The notes beneath the pieces were generated by a model. It had not been told where the DNA came from and did not search any database. It worked only from the letters and a program-made list of their open reading frames with translations. A stretch of 64,000 nucleotides of DNA from Sedimentisphaerales bacterium (GTDB taxonomy: Bacteria > Planctomycetota > Phycisphaerae > Sedimentisphaerales > SM23-30). Every line of letters starts with the position of its first letter. Positions within the stretch are counted from its first letter, which is position 1. The translations under genes were made by a program, and so were the position numbers. This document shows positions 28,803 to 40,244 of this stretch, in pieces. The stretch is taken from assembly GCA_963666285.1 (NCBI GenBank), contig OY762711.1; one strand, written 5' to 3'.

Positions 28803-29275
28803 AAAGCAAAATTAAAATAATTTTAATAGTTGTGATTTTTTCTGGCCTTGGTATTTATTATCTAATGGGAAGCTCTGAGGCTCGCAAAGTAAGTAGTTTT
28901 GAAGATATTTGTACATACCTTAGAAAAGCAAATTCAATAAGAATTTCTACACAAAGTTATGATTTTGAAAGGAAAATTGTTCTTCCTCCGGTTGTTATAA
29001 GTGAAAGTAAATCAGTGAGTATTATTTCTGATTTTGTTGACTTGCTGGAGAATGAAATGCATTCATGTGATGTGAAAACTACTATTGAATATGATCAACC
29101 CATTACAGCGAATTATAAAGTTGAATTGCAATGTGAACGTTATGTTTCCATTGATTTTGCTCTGTATGATAAATCGTACAAGGTTAATATGAGAAATAGC
29201 GACTATATCTTTTTTGCTGAATTAACAAAAGAAAATGCTGATAATTTTAAGATTTTTTTTAATATGCTTAAATAA
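28799..29275 (+). CDS. Hypothetical membrane-anchored protein
   Basis: ATGA overlap with the upstream gene and an N-terminal hydrophobic helix. Confidence 0.7.
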   Translation: MKSKIKIILIVVIFSGLGIYYLMGSSEARKVSSFEDICTYLRKANSIRISTQSYDFERKIVLPPVVISESKSVSIISDFVDLLENEMHSCDVKTTIEYDQPITANYKVELQCERYVSIDFALYDKSYKVNMRNSDYIFFAELTKENADNFKIFFNMLK

Positions 29276-29296
29276 TTTCGGCGTGTGATAGAATTT

Positions 29297-30826
29297 ATGA
29301 GATTAGTTTTTGTAATACCCCTTTTAATACTTTCCGGTTGCCAATTGTGTTTTGCGGGAGTGGTGCCTTTTGAGAATATTGATGGTGTACCTTGTGTGAA
29401 CGTAGAGATTAAACATGGCGATCAGACGATTAAGACACACCTGATGCTTGATCTCGGTTTAAGTGAATCGCTTCTATTACATAGCGACTTATCAGAGGTT
29501 ATGGAAATTGATTCGGATGCAAAGCTGACAGTATGTTATGATGGGGGGCAGCTGGAAGGCTTGGAGTATTTTAGTGGCGATTTGAGTGAAATTGACGATT
29601 TTTCACGTCGTAATTCAGATGCCCTTGGCGAAATTCCAGTATGGGGCTATATAGGAGTAAAAGCATTTGATTCCGAAGTGGTATCAATGGATATTTCAAA
29701 TAAGATTGCCAGTTATGGCGACATAGACATTCCGGAAAATACAACCAAAATCCTTCTCAAAGTGGATAGTGGCAGATTTATTGCCGATATCGAGCCAGAT
29801 GAAGGTTATGTTTTGAGAGCGGTAATTGCGACTTCAGAATATGATTCAGTATTTGATCTTGATGCCGCAGCTCTTGCCGGAAGCGAGTCAGGTGATTTTG
29901 AGAATTGCAGGTTTTCAAATCTAAATCTTCGGAAATATACTGCTGTCAGATCAAAACAGGATTTTAGTGATGAATTAACCATTGGTGACTGCGTTATAGC
30001 TAATAGTTTCTGGCAGAATTTTGTTGTTTACTATAAGCAGGACGAACAGTGTCTGTATTTGTCTGAACTGCCTTCCGGGTGTATATCTGATCTGAACGAA
30101 CAGCATTTCTTTAATGCGTTTGTTAGTGAGGATATCGACGAGATATATGAATGTATTAACGAATACCCGGATTCCAGGCTTATATTTGAAGCGTACAATT
30201 TGATTCTTAAGTATGCAGTTGAAGCCGGGTATGAAGATGATATCAAAACAGCAATTACAAATCTACTGGAAAGCCAAAGTGATGTTACTGCAGCAAATAT
30301 ATTAATGAATTATGCAGAGAGTTTCATAGAAGTAACTGACTTCAAAACAGCAAAACTGATGTTGTCTTATGCAAAAGAAGAGTTGATTAGTATGGATCAG
30401 CATCCTCTTAAACTAGCAAAGGTAAATACCTGGCTAGGCCAAATAGCTTTGGCTGAAAATGACTTAGCGTCGGCCAGAAGGTACCTGATGAGTGCGGTTT
30501 TTGCCAATCCGGCTGATTGTGATGCAAATTATTACATGGGGAATTATTATGAAAAGAACGGAGATACAGTAAGAGCCTGGGTAAGGTATTTGAAAGCATT
30601 TATGAGAGATGATTCTTATACTCAGGCACTTTCATCGCTGGTTAAAATTAGCTCAGATAGCAATTTTGAGAAAAACTTCACATCAGAAGATGCAATAGAT
30701 TTTCTGGAAGGTCATATATATGATGAGGAAGGCAATTTAACAACATCAGCTTCTATCTTAAAGAATCATGGTGGTGATTTATTTAGAACTGCTATTGTCA
30801 GCCTGGAGGAGCAACATGGAAAATAG
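29297..30826 (+). CDS. Secreted protein with degenerate retropepsin-like domains and C-terminal TPRs
   Basis: VPFENIDGVPCVNVEI...HLMLDLG...WGYIG resembles the aspartyl-protease fold without DTG. TPRs such as ANYYMGNYYEKNGD. Confidence 0.6.
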   Translation: MRLVFVIPLLILSGCQLCFAGVVPFENIDGVPCVNVEIKHGDQTIKTHLMLDLGLSESLLLHSDLSEVMEIDSDAKLTVCYDGGQLEGLEYFSGDLSEIDDFSRRNSDALGEIPVWGYIGVKAFDSEVVSMDISNKIASYGDIDIPENTTKILLKVDSGRFIADIEPDEGYVLRAVIATSEYDSVFDLDAAALAGSESGDFENCRFSNLNLRKYTAVRSKQDFSDELTIGDCVIANSFWQNFVVYYKQDEQCLYLSELPSGCISDLNEQHFFNAFVSEDIDEIYECINEYPDSRLIFEAYNLILKYAVEAGYEDDIKTAITNLLESQSDVTAANILMNYAESFIEVTDFKTAKLMLSYAKEELISMDQHPLKLAKVNTWLGQIALAENDLASARRYLMSAVFANPADCDANYYMGNYYEKNGDTVRAWVRYLKAFMRDDSYTQALSSLVKISSDSNFEKNFTSEDAIDFLEGHIYDEEGNLTTSASILKNHGGDLFRTAIVSLEEQHGK

Positions 30827-32165
30827 CCTTGTTATCGAAAAGCTGTTAAACCCTATATCCAGGCAGTACAAAAGAAACAAAATTAAAAGTGCTATCATTA
30901 ATTCAATAAATGATTGTATGAAAGTGTTATTATTCTGGCTGGTATTGCTGGTATTTCTAAAATTGCTATTCGCTGACTTGAAACCATATTTAGATGCTGC
31001 AAACATAGTTGTATTTGTTGGAATTTCGGTTTATTTTCTAGTTGTGGTTATAATGTCAGCTATTGATAAAATAAAAAGCATCGAGACAGCTTTAGTAGTT
31101 GATCAAATTACCAATCCTCATGATATTGTAGTTTCAGGCTTAGAATATGAAATTACAGGTCGTAAATCGGATTTTGCATTATTTTCAATATCAAAAGCGT
31201 GCAGTATATTGTCAGATTTCGAGGTGACAAAAGTTTGTATAATGGCCAGGCCATTGCGATATAAAATGATATTGATGGTTTTGTTTCTGATTGTAACTTA
31301 TGTATTAATTCCTGATCATGTTGCATTATTAAATAATAATGATTTTAATGCTGATGCAGCGCTAAAAACAGAAAATCAGCTTAGTACAGATAATATTCCC
31401 GGAGTGTTGCAAAATAACAAGACAGATGCTAATCAAGTTGCGAGAGAAAGATCTTTATTCATCACTGCAAACGCAAACTCACAAACGTCAGCAGGAGATT
31501 CCAATTATATTACAATTGGTAATCAGGAAAACAGCAACGCATTTGCAATTAATCAAAGTCTTTCACGCAAGATGGTTTCTGATAACAAGGTAAATGAGTA
31601 TCAGGAAGACAGCTTCCAGATGAATAGTGATAAAACTGCGTCTTCGTCGCTTTCAAATCTGTCAGAAAGTAATGTTAAAACAGGTGATTTGTTTGCAGAT
31701 ACTGCCGATCAGGATAATCAGCTGGAAAGCGATTCAAATGATAAAAAGGAAAAAGGAAATAATAATAGCAGTGGGCGAAGTCCTATGTTAGATGATAATG
31801 CTTCGGCTCCTGGAAGAGAGCTGGGGCGGGCCGGCAAAAAGAATGGTAAGCCTGGTAATGGGCGTGGGGGACTTGGTTCGGTGAAAAAATCAAGGGCTAC
31901 TGCTTCTATCATGGCAGGCAAGCCGGTTCCCGTATTTATAAAAAGTCGCCAGAATAAGGGACGGTCAAAATCGATTATTTTAAACTCTCCGCCTGGCAGA
32001 GATATTGATCGTGATATGACTTTGGCTGATGGCCTGGAACATGAAAGCGTTATTGATAAATCAGTTGTAAGCGAAGAAATGGAAACCTTAGTAACGAACT
32101 ATTTTAAGGAACTGACTGAATATGCGAACAGAAAGCATGAAAGTAACACAAGACAGGATAAATGA
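30816..32165 (+). CDS. Membrane protein with a low-complexity polar C-terminus (type often found beside MoxR/vWA genes)
   Basis: GGAGGA RBS before ATG 30816, three hydrophobic segments, an N/S/G/K-rich tail and a terminal LVTNYFKEL motif. Confidence 0.7.
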   Translation: MENSLVIEKLLNPISRQYKRNKIKSAIINSINDCMKVLLFWLVLLVFLKLLFADLKPYLDAANIVVFVGISVYFLVVVIMSAIDKIKSIETALVVDQITNPHDIVVSGLEYEITGRKSDFALFSISKACSILSDFEVTKVCIMARPLRYKMILMVLFLIVTYVLIPDHVALLNNNDFNADAALKTENQLSTDNIPGVLQNNKTDANQVARERSLFITANANSQTSAGDSNYITIGNQENSNAFAINQSLSRKMVSDNKVNEYQEDSFQMNSDKTASSSLSNLSESNVKTGDLFADTADQDNQLESDSNDKKEKGNNNSSGRSPMLDDNASAPGRELGRAGKKNGKPGNGRGGLGSVKKSRATASIMAGKPVPVFIKSRQNKGRSKSIILNSPPGRDIDRDMTLADGLEHESVIDKSVVSEEMETLVTNYFKELTEYANRKHESNTRQDK

Positions 32166-33123
32166 ATTTAAGACAATATTTAGTGAGCTGAAATCTCAGG
32201 TTCAGTCTCATTTTATAGGTCAGGAAAAGCTTATTGAAGATGTAATAGGAGCTTTTTTTGTTGGAGGTCATGTTTTACTGGAAGGTGTTCCCGGACTTGG
32301 TAAAACCATGCTGGCAAAAACTCTGGCTGAGGCCGCCGGTCTTAGCTATGAGAGGATACAATGTACGCCTGACCTTATGCCAAGCGATATAATTGGATAT
32401 AAAACTTTAGTAGAAACAGAAGGTGGTTCTCATCATGTGGCTTTTGAAACAGGGCCTATTATGAGTAACTTTATTCTTGTAGATGAGATTAACAGGGCTA
32501 CTCCTAAAACACAGTCAGCTTTGTTAGAAGCCATGCAGGAAGGGCAGGTAACGGTCGGTAGGGAAAAAATGAAATTGCCTGTTCCAAACTTTTTCATTGC
32601 TACCCAGAACCCGGTAGAGCATGAGGGAACTTATCCTTTGCCTGAAGCTCAGCTTGACAGGTTTCTGATCAAACTAAATGTACAATATCCGGACAAACCG
32701 GATTATCATAAAATAATAGATCTGACTGCGTATGGCAAAGTAGCAAAAGTGAATTCTGTACTCACTTCAGAAACTCTATTAAAAATGCAGCGTGTAGTAG
32801 AAGAAGTTGAAGTGCCGTATTCGGTAATTGATTATATTGTTGATATTGTCAGGGCCTCTCAGCCGCAGTGCAGCGGACTTGACATTGTAAAAAGTAATGT
32901 AGTGCTGGGCGTCTCTCCACGTGCCGTGCAGGCAATTGTTATGATGGCAAAGGTAAGGTCACTGATCGATGACCGTTGCAGTGTCAGTTGTAACGATGTG
33001 AAGTCAGTAGTACATGCCGCACTGAGGCATAGAATAATTTCCAGTTTTGCTGCTGTTTCAAGTGGTGTTGATATAGATTCTATTATTACCGAACTAGTAG
33101 GCTTTGTAGATGATACTAAATAA
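32137..33123 (+). CDS. moxR: MoxR family AAA+ ATPase
   Basis: GHVLLEGVPGLGKT, RIQCTPDLMPSDI, DEINRATPKTQSALLEAMQE, ATQNPVEHEGTYPLPEAQLDRF. Confidence 0.96.
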   Translation: MKVTQDRINEFKTIFSELKSQVQSHFIGQEKLIEDVIGAFFVGGHVLLEGVPGLGKTMLAKTLAEAAGLSYERIQCTPDLMPSDIIGYKTLVETEGGSHHVAFETGPIMSNFILVDEINRATPKTQSALLEAMQEGQVTVGREKMKLPVPNFFIATQNPVEHEGTYPLPEAQLDRFLIKLNVQYPDKPDYHKIIDLTAYGKVAKVNSVLTSETLLKMQRVVEEVEVPYSVIDYIVDIVRASQPQCSGLDIVKSNVVLGVSPRAVQAIVMMAKVRSLIDDRCSVSCNDVKSVVHAALRHRIISSFAAVSSGVDIDSIITELVGFVDDTK

Positions 33124-33949
33124 ACATGAATTACATGTACTTTCTAAGGTAAAGATATCCCTTAGAGGCAAGATTCGCAATAGAACGTTGATGGATTACA
33201 GTTCAACTGATTCCGATGGAACAATTGATTTTAATGAATATAAAAATTATACTCCTGGAGAAAATTTAAGACATATTGACTGGAATAAATATTACACTGA
33301 GTCAGATTTATATGTTCGTAAATTTTATAAACTCGAAAAACCTGACTTTTATGTTGTGCCGGATTTTACCAGTTCCATTGCAGCTTCAAATAAAATTGAC
33401 GATATTAAGCGTTTTACCGCGGCTATTTGTTTTTGCCTGCTGAATAAGGCGATGGTAGTAAAATTAAGACTTCCTGATGGAGTATATAATTTCACCGGTC
33501 GATCACAGGTAAATACACTAATGGATAAAATTGCCAATTTTAATTATAAAGCCATTGAGAATAAAAAGCTGTCAACTATTAATGATGTTTATTCCAATAA
33601 TGTGATTATAATTTCTGACTTTATTTTTTCGGACGGCTTTGAACAATTTGAAAAGACTATGAATGTTGGGCCGAGGTCATGTTCGTTGTTTAATATTTCC
33701 AATATTAACGATCGCAGTCCCGTACTGTCAGGCAATATAAGGCTGGTTGATTCTCAAAACGGCAAGACCGTTATAACCAGGATAAGTCCTGATATTATAA
33801 ACAGGTATAAATCGGTTAGAGAAAAATATTACCAGAAAGTAATAGATCATTGCAATAAAATGAACTGGTGTTATAGAGAAATATTTGCAGAGGACAGTGT
33901 AGATTCTCAGTTTGAAAAGATTATGCCAACAGGTGTATTAGTACTTTAG
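33110..33949 (+). CDS. DUF58 domain protein
   Basis: DFNEYKNYTPGENLRHIDWN, DFTSSI and IIISDF motifs, directly downstream of moxR. Confidence 0.9.
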   Translation: MILNKHELHVLSKVKISLRGKIRNRTLMDYSSTDSDGTIDFNEYKNYTPGENLRHIDWNKYYTESDLYVRKFYKLEKPDFYVVPDFTSSIAASNKIDDIKRFTAAICFCLLNKAMVVKLRLPDGVYNFTGRSQVNTLMDKIANFNYKAIENKKLSTINDVYSNNVIIISDFIFSDGFEQFEKTMNVGPRSCSLFNISNINDRSPVLSGNIRLVDSQNGKTVITRISPDIINRYKSVREKYYQKVIDHCNKMNWCYREIFAEDSVDSQFEKIMPTGVLVL

Positions 33950-33968
33950 TAAAGGTATTTATAAATAG

Positions 33969-34928
33969 ATGTTTTTTTATGGAATAGACATATTGCCGGC
34001 AATTTCCTTAGCTGTTATTGCTGGAATTATATTATTTGCTTCTCATTTTTTGTTTAGTAGATGGAAGTCTGTTGTTGTACCTACTGTCTTATTCTGGCAC
34101 GAGGTTCAAAGTCAGAATAGGCGTGATATACTATGGGGAAAGTTCAGTTCGTTGTTGACTTTGCTTTTGCTGCTTGTTATTGCGTTTCTAATGGTACTTG
34201 CAATGATGAAGCCCGGATTTGGGCAACAGCAGATATCAACAATCGTTTTGGATGTTTCTCCGGCGACAGATATAAATAAAGCCAAAACTGTTGCAGAAAA
34301 AATTGTTGATAGCAGTGATAAATGCTATTTAATTGTTTCAGGCAAAGATTACAGTGTTAAGGCTAATGAAAAAGATTCAGTCCTGACGACGCTTGCAAAT
34401 ATTAATGAACTTCAAACAGAAGAAAATAACTTTTCCAGTATAAATCAGGCTGTGAATGAGGCTGAAAATATTTCCGAAGGTAGCAATGTCTATGTTATTA
34501 CCGGTCAGAATATTGATGTTAATGATGGTACAGAAATTATCTGTGTTCCAAAGCAGTATGAGCCTTCAGAGACAATCTTTAATGTCTGGGTACCTAAAGA
34601 ATTATCTGGCATAACTGACAGGTATTTTGCAGTTGACACCAGGTACCAGCAGTGCTCTTTAATAGATAATGCTGACATCGTGCTGAATGATGATGATGTT
34701 AAATCTTTGCCGGATTGGCGAAGTATATCTTTTGTTCAGAGCTTTAGAAGTATATTAGATGATAAAGCCGGCATAGCCAATAGGAATGCAATTTATAAAT
34801 CAGAGATTTTAAGTATAAATGATTTTTCTCCCCCGGACAGATCGTCGTTTTTATCTTTTCTATATTTTGGCATTTTTATTTTACTGGCTATGAATTTATA
34901 CATGTATAAAATGGGGAGGATTCAATAA
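33969..34928 (+). CDS. BatA-like N-terminal domain / vWA-like membrane protein
   Basis: N-terminal double-TM BatA pattern (SHFLF...VPTVLFW...LAMMKP), IVLDVSP, and a C-terminal TM helix. Confidence 0.75.
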   Translation: MFFYGIDILPAISLAVIAGIILFASHFLFSRWKSVVVPTVLFWHEVQSQNRRDILWGKFSSLLTLLLLLVIAFLMVLAMMKPGFGQQQISTIVLDVSPATDINKAKTVAEKIVDSSDKCYLIVSGKDYSVKANEKDSVLTTLANINELQTEENNFSSINQAVNEAENISEGSNVYVITGQNIDVNDGTEIICVPKQYEPSETIFNVWVPKELSGITDRYFAVDTRYQQCSLIDNADIVLNDDDVKSLPDWRSISFVQSFRSILDDKAGIANRNAIYKSEILSINDFSPPDRSSFLSFLYFGIFILLAMNLYMYKMGRIQ

Positions 34929-37900
34929 TGCTCCATTTTCAGAATGTATATTTATTGATAGCTGCAATTGTTATTGCCGTAATTGTATTTAGATTGACTA
35001 AAAGCTATCTTGCCGGTTTAATGCTTTTATTTATTGTAATAGCAGCCAGCAAGGCATATATTGTAGTTGATGATAACTCTTCGAAACATGTTGTTCTGAT
35101 TGATCGGTCTCCAAGTATGGCCAACGCTAATTTAGATGAATCAGCATTGATACAGAATCCGTTTTCATCTCTGGCCAATGCAGGAGATGTTGAATATGTC
35201 TATTTTGGTGAGTCTTCAATGTCTGATTCCGGGGATAAAAAATGCTCCTCTGACATTGAATCAGCATTGCTAAAAGCAATGACAACAATTAAGAATAACG
35301 GTAGCCTTCATTTGTATTCTGATCTTCTTGAAACAGATGGTGATATTCAAAATGCGGTAGAAGAGATGGCTGCTCGTAATGTAAAATTTGATATTATGCT
35401 GCCGGATTATAACTTAAACAAAGAAACAATACTTACAAATGTTGAAATCCCCTCGCTGATTACAAAAAATCAAGAGGCACTGTTTGATGTAACTATAGAA
35501 ACCTCTACTGAAGGGCAAGCTAGCCTGGAAGTGCTTAATAATGTGAATAATTCTGTTAATTCATACCAGCTGAAACTCAATAGAGGGTACAATAATTATT
35601 CTTTTCCATGTAGTACTGACTCAAATCTTATTGATTGTTCGCTAACATTGAGAGCTGAAATTGACACATGTCTGGAGAATAACACCTTTCATATACAGTC
35701 TATTGTATATGAAAAGCCCGATGTTTTGGTAGTCGGCCAGAGGAGCAGCTTTGATTCAGTTGCTAAAAAGATATCTGACTATGCTAATGTAAGCTATTAT
35801 GCAGGAGAATCCGATCTGACAGGCGTTGATTTGCTCATTCTGGCTGATGCAGACAGAAAATTGCTGAATGATGATTTTCTAAATACCATCAAATTGTCAG
35901 TTGTTGACGGGATGGGGCTGCTTGTGTTACCAGGCAGTCGTATTCTTTCTGATGAAATTCTGGGTTGTGAACAATTTGCCCATTTACTGCCTGCTTCGAT
36001 AAGCCGGAAAAGTAAAAAAGCCAGTGTTGATGCCTGTCTGGTGTTCATTGTTGACACTTCAGGATCGATGCAGGGGACAAGGCTTCTATTGGCTAAAGAA
36101 ATAGTCAGAAAAGCAATTTCCCGGCTTAGCGAATATGATAAAGTGGGGATAGTCGAATTTTATGGCAATAAGAAATGGGCGATTCCCATTCAACACGTTG
36201 CAAATAAGATTAGTATAAATCGTGAGATTAATCGACTTACTTCTGGTGGTGGTACAGTAATATATCCGGCTTTGGAAGAAGCATATTATGGCTTATTAAA
36301 TATTGAAGCTGCATCAAAACATATTATTGTGATAACAGATGGAGGAATCGAATCTGTTGATTATACTTCTTTGTTAAACCAAATCAGTGATAAAAATATA
36401 AACGTTTCTTTTATTCTTACAGGTCCTCCGGCAAATATTGGTTTTTTGGCTGACATGAGCCAGACCGGTGGCGGAAAATTTCTACATGCTCGAGATCGTT
36501 TTTCAATACCGGAAATCTCTGTTAAAAACCTGAGCAATAAAGGTTCAAATCTGTTTAAGACTCCACAGGGTTCTTTGACTTTTGCAGAAATTCCTGAAAT
36601 AACAGAAGCGGTTGACTTTTCCCTAATAAATGGTAATTCAGTTTTATGTATATCTGGTCAAAATAAGTTATCAGCTTACACTGTTTGTCAGGCAGGTAAC
36701 GAATCTTTGCTTTCGTGCTGGAATTATGGGATGGGTAAAGTAGCATTAAGTATGTCAAATATTTTTGAACTTTCGAATTCTGAAAAGCTGTTCCAGAATA
36801 TGTGCAGGTATTTATATCGTCAACCTGAAGGCTTTGAACTAAGAGATGATCCTGAAAATAGGTTTGAAATACAATCCTGCAGACCAAATTACGAACTTGC
36901 CAAAAAAATAGGAACAGTTCCTGCTTCAGAGCATATTTCACAAATTAAAGTATATGAATTAGATAACCTTTTCGTGTTTTTGTCATTATTTGCATTTGTT
37001 GCTCATGTTATAATTCGGCGTTTGCCATCAAGGAATTTGGCAGTCTTTCTGTTATTATTTATTCTTGGTTCGTCAGTTTTTGCCGGTTACCCTGAGAAAA
37101 TGAATGAAGCAATAAGTGAATATCAGGCAAAAAATAACACAGCTTTAGATATGTTTCTTGATGCGTACCAATCAGCAGATAGTGGTAACGATAAAAAGTA
37201 TGCTCTTGCCTGGGCAATTATTTCAGCTCAAAAAAGCGGCAATACTGCGTCGCTTGAAAAGTATTTATTATCAGATCTGAATACTACTACCGTTCAGGCT
37301 TTGTTCAAAATTTATATGTTAAATGGACAGTTTTCTGCTGCAAATCAATTAAGAGCAATGCTTACAAGGGATATGCAATTTACAGATGAATTTATCAATA
37401 CGATTGACAGGAATCTTGTTAATACTGCCATTATCAGTAGAGATTATTCTGCGGCTGAAAGTTATTTTGACGAACGTAGTGACCTGGTTGCTCTTATGAA
37501 GATCAACCTTTTAAAGGGTAACAGAGAAGCTGCTTTGGAACACCTGCAAGGAGTTTCTGATGGTTCGCTATCTTCTTCCAGTATGTATCATCTTATAGAG
37601 TCTCTTTCTCAAATGGGTTTTACTGACCAGGCCGTAAAAAATGCTGTAAAACTCAGAGCCAGGCATGATAGTTATTATTTTGATTCAACGGTATTATTGT
37701 TTAATTTATATTTGAAGGTTGATAAAAAAGATACAGCTGTAGATATGTTGACAAATGCTATAGATAATTATCATTTTGCCAAGGAACAGTTATCTGAAAT
37801 TGCAGCATTATTTGAAAAAATCAGACGATATGATCTGGCAATTAATATTAACCGAAAATTATTCGAAGAGACCAAAGCTGTTGATATTCTTATGAACATT

Positions 37901-40231
37901 GCTGCTCTTGAAAAACTTTCCGGTAATCTAAATGCATCATATGATATCTGGTATAATTTATGGAAGGAGTGTGATGATCCGTTTTTACTATACCAGATCG
38001 TTCCCAATATGCTTGATTTGGCAATAAAATCAGATATTCTGGTTGATCTTGCTATAAATCTTGAGGATTCGGTAAAGAAGAACAGATCAAATGATAAAGA
38101 ACTGGATTTGCTAATAGACATTTATACTCTAGTAGGAGATGCTTTTACTCCGATAGAATTAATTAAGCAGTATTATGGTGATGATAGTATTATCTCCATG
38201 GTAAAACAGTACAATATTTATAGAAATATTCAACTTTATGGGAAATGTCGGAAGATCCTTATTAAGCTGATTGAGAAGGATCCGGATAATACCGAGGACT
38301 ATCTCGAAAAGTTTGCTATTATTTCTCTGCAAAGTGATAATTTTGGCCAGGCAGATTGGGCAGCTGAAAAACTGCTTGCTGGTAGTAATGAGCAGAACCT
38401 TGAGTTTACTGCTGGAATTTTGGCGATGATGAGCCGGTATTCAGAGGCTATGGCTGCTTATGAAGAGCTAATTAAACAGCAGCCGGATAATTATGAATTA
38501 TGGCTTCTTTGGTCTCAGCAAGCCGCAAATATTTCAGAGCTGTCGAGAAAATCGGCGTTGAATAAGTTACTTGAATTAATAGAAGATGATCCTGTTGATG
38601 ATAAATATCTGGTTCTTGCAGATGCTATTATTAACCTTAAAGGTTCTGAAGATATATTGCGTCACATATATAAGCTTACTCAAGATAAGCTGAGTGCTAC
38701 TCCTGATAAACTGTATTATTACAGGTTGTTGCTGGATTTGCAGGATGAGTTTGATGTTAAAGCTGATCCTGTTAATATTCTGCTAAAAGCGGCATCCTAT
38801 GCCAGTGAAAGTAGAATTATGCTTGTTAAAGAAGCGATGGAATCTTCAGGCGACCTATCTGATATGCGGCTTGATCTTGCCCGGATAATGCTTTTTATGG
38901 ATTACCAATCTCCTCCAAGCCAGGATATAGCAAACGGAATGTTGTTTCTTACTCTTGGGCATAAAAGTACAGCCGAATATCTTTTCCGTTCACACTCTTT
39001 GCTTAATGCTGATAACCGTGGTCTATTTTTTGATATTGCGGATTGTTATCAGCGGCAAAGTGACTTTGAATCTGCTCTTAATATTATGCTCGAAGGTTTG
39101 GCATTGAATCCGGTTGACCTTGAGTTTTTAATTGAGACAGCCGGTTATTATGAGATCTTGGGAGATTTTGGTAATGCAAACAAGCTTTATTCCAAAGCAT
39201 ACAATTTATGTAACTTATCAGGGTATTCCGGTAAGCAGGCTGACAATGCGAATTCAAAGAATGTCAGTAATTATGAAAGATTTGCACATGCAGCATTTGA
39301 GGGTTTGATTGTCACTTCTGATATTGATAAATTGCCTGATCAGATACGCGATATCTATTTGGAGAAAATGAGTGTGCCGATTTTGCCTGAAAAACTTAGA
39401 AAAAATAACGAACCTGAAGAAGAAACTGAATCGGAAATAGTATACAAAAGTTTAGAGATGATCGAGATTGAGCTTCAGGAATATGTGGATTTAGGGGTTG
39501 TAAACTCAGAATTTAAACGTAAAATTAATGAAATAACAGATAATTATTCTGAACAGGATATAAATTATCTCTATGATGAGTTTAGTGATTTTGCCGAAAT
39601 TATGGGCGAATCAGAAGCCACAAGATTTTTGCTGGCCTTATTGGCCCAAAAACTTGAGAATAGAGATGAAGTGATAAAATATATTACGCAATGCTTTGTA
39701 AATAATTCTTCAAATAAGAGTATTGACCGTAGTCTCAAGGATATATATAGTAGCTATGGCTTATACCGTGAACTTGCGGAAGTCTTGGTTGCACAAGCAG
39801 TTAAGAAATCGCAAACACCGTTTTACTGGCGAGATATAACAAAATATTACTTTTTTGCAGGAGATCTTGAAAAAGCAAAATGGGCAAATTCTTTCGCTTC
39901 AGGTAAAAGTCATTATGTGATTTACCTTGTTGATTGTATATTTCTATATGAAAACGAGGGTAATATTGATAAGTTAATACAGTATTTTAGAAAGTATCAG
40001 ATAGACTGTCGTAAAATAAACAAATACTCGGCTTTCAGATGGAATTACTGGTATAAATATGATCAGGTACCACCAGCTCCTGATGATAGAGATACTATTT
40101 ACCAGGTTCTTTCCAGGCATCCTGAATTACTGGATGAGTTCGAGAGGTATAATAAGGTAGTTTATCCCGATAGAAAAGATTATCATAAATATAAAGAAGC
40201 ATTAATAAATTGTACAAAAATAAGTAAATAG
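34928..40231 (+). CDS. Large vWA domain / GATase-like / TPR membrane protein
   Basis: Two MIDAS-like motifs (LIDRSPSM; IVDTSGSM...GGGT...VITDG), WNYGMGKV, an internal TM pair and a long TPR-like helical C-terminal half. TAATG coupling with the upstream gene. Confidence 0.85.
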   Translation: MLHFQNVYLLIAAIVIAVIVFRLTKSYLAGLMLLFIVIAASKAYIVVDDNSSKHVVLIDRSPSMANANLDESALIQNPFSSLANAGDVEYVYFGESSMSDSGDKKCSSDIESALLKAMTTIKNNGSLHLYSDLLETDGDIQNAVEEMAARNVKFDIMLPDYNLNKETILTNVEIPSLITKNQEALFDVTIETSTEGQASLEVLNNVNNSVNSYQLKLNRGYNNYSFPCSTDSNLIDCSLTLRAEIDTCLENNTFHIQSIVYEKPDVLVVGQRSSFDSVAKKISDYANVSYYAGESDLTGVDLLILADADRKLLNDDFLNTIKLSVVDGMGLLVLPGSRILSDEILGCEQFAHLLPASISRKSKKASVDACLVFIVDTSGSMQGTRLLLAKEIVRKAISRLSEYDKVGIVEFYGNKKWAIPIQHVANKISINREINRLTSGGGTVIYPALEEAYYGLLNIEAASKHIIVITDGGIESVDYTSLLNQISDKNINVSFILTGPPANIGFLADMSQTGGGKFLHARDRFSIPEISVKNLSNKGSNLFKTPQGSLTFAEIPEITEAVDFSLINGNSVLCISGQNKLSAYTVCQAGNESLLSCWNYGMGKVALSMSNIFELSNSEKLFQNMCRYLYRQPEGFELRDDPENRFEIQSCRPNYELAKKIGTVPASEHISQIKVYELDNLFVFLSLFAFVAHVIIRRLPSRNLAVFLLLFILGSSVFAGYPEKMNEAISEYQAKNNTALDMFLDAYQSADSGNDKKYALAWAIISAQKSGNTASLEKYLLSDLNTTTVQALFKIYMLNGQFSAANQLRAMLTRDMQFTDEFINTIDRNLVNTAIISRDYSAAESYFDERSDLVALMKINLLKGNREAALEHLQGVSDGSLSSSSMYHLIESLSQMGFTDQAVKNAVKLRARHDSYYFDSTVLLFNLYLKVDKKDTAVDMLTNAIDNYHFAKEQLSEIAALFEKIRRYDLAININRKLFEETKAVDILMNIAALEKLSGNLNASYDIWYNLWKECDDPFLLYQIVPNMLDLAIKSDILVDLAINLEDSVKKNRSNDKELDLLIDIYTLVGDAFTPIELIKQYYGDDSIISMVKQYNIYRNIQLYGKCRKILIKLIEKDPDNTEDYLEKFAIISLQSDNFGQADWAAEKLLAGSNEQNLEFTAGILAMMSRYSEAMAAYEELIKQQPDNYELWLLWSQQAANISELSRKSALNKLLELIEDDPVDDKYLVLADAIINLKGSEDILRHIYKLTQDKLSATPDKLYYYRLLLDLQDEFDVKADPVNILLKAASYASESRIMLVKEAMESSGDLSDMRLDLARIMLFMDYQSPPSQDIANGMLFLTLGHKSTAEYLFRSHSLLNADNRGLFFDIADCYQRQSDFESALNIMLEGLALNPVDLEFLIETAGYYEILGDFGNANKLYSKAYNLCNLSGYSGKQADNANSKNVSNYERFAHAAFEGLIVTSDIDKLPDQIRDIYLEKMSVPILPEKLRKNNEPEEETESEIVYKSLEMIEIELQEYVDLGVVNSEFKRKINEITDNYSEQDINYLYDEFSDFAEIMGESEATRFLLALLAQKLENRDEVIKYITQCFVNNSSNKSIDRSLKDIYSSYGLYRELAEVLVAQAVKKSQTPFYWRDITKYYFFAGDLEKAKWANSFASGKSHYVIYLVDCIFLYENEGNIDKLIQYFRKYQIDCRKINKYSAFRWNYWYKYDQVPPAPDDRDTIYQVLSRHPELLDEFERYNKVVYPDRKDYHKYKEALINCTKISK

Positions 40232-40244
40232 AAAGGGTAAAATC

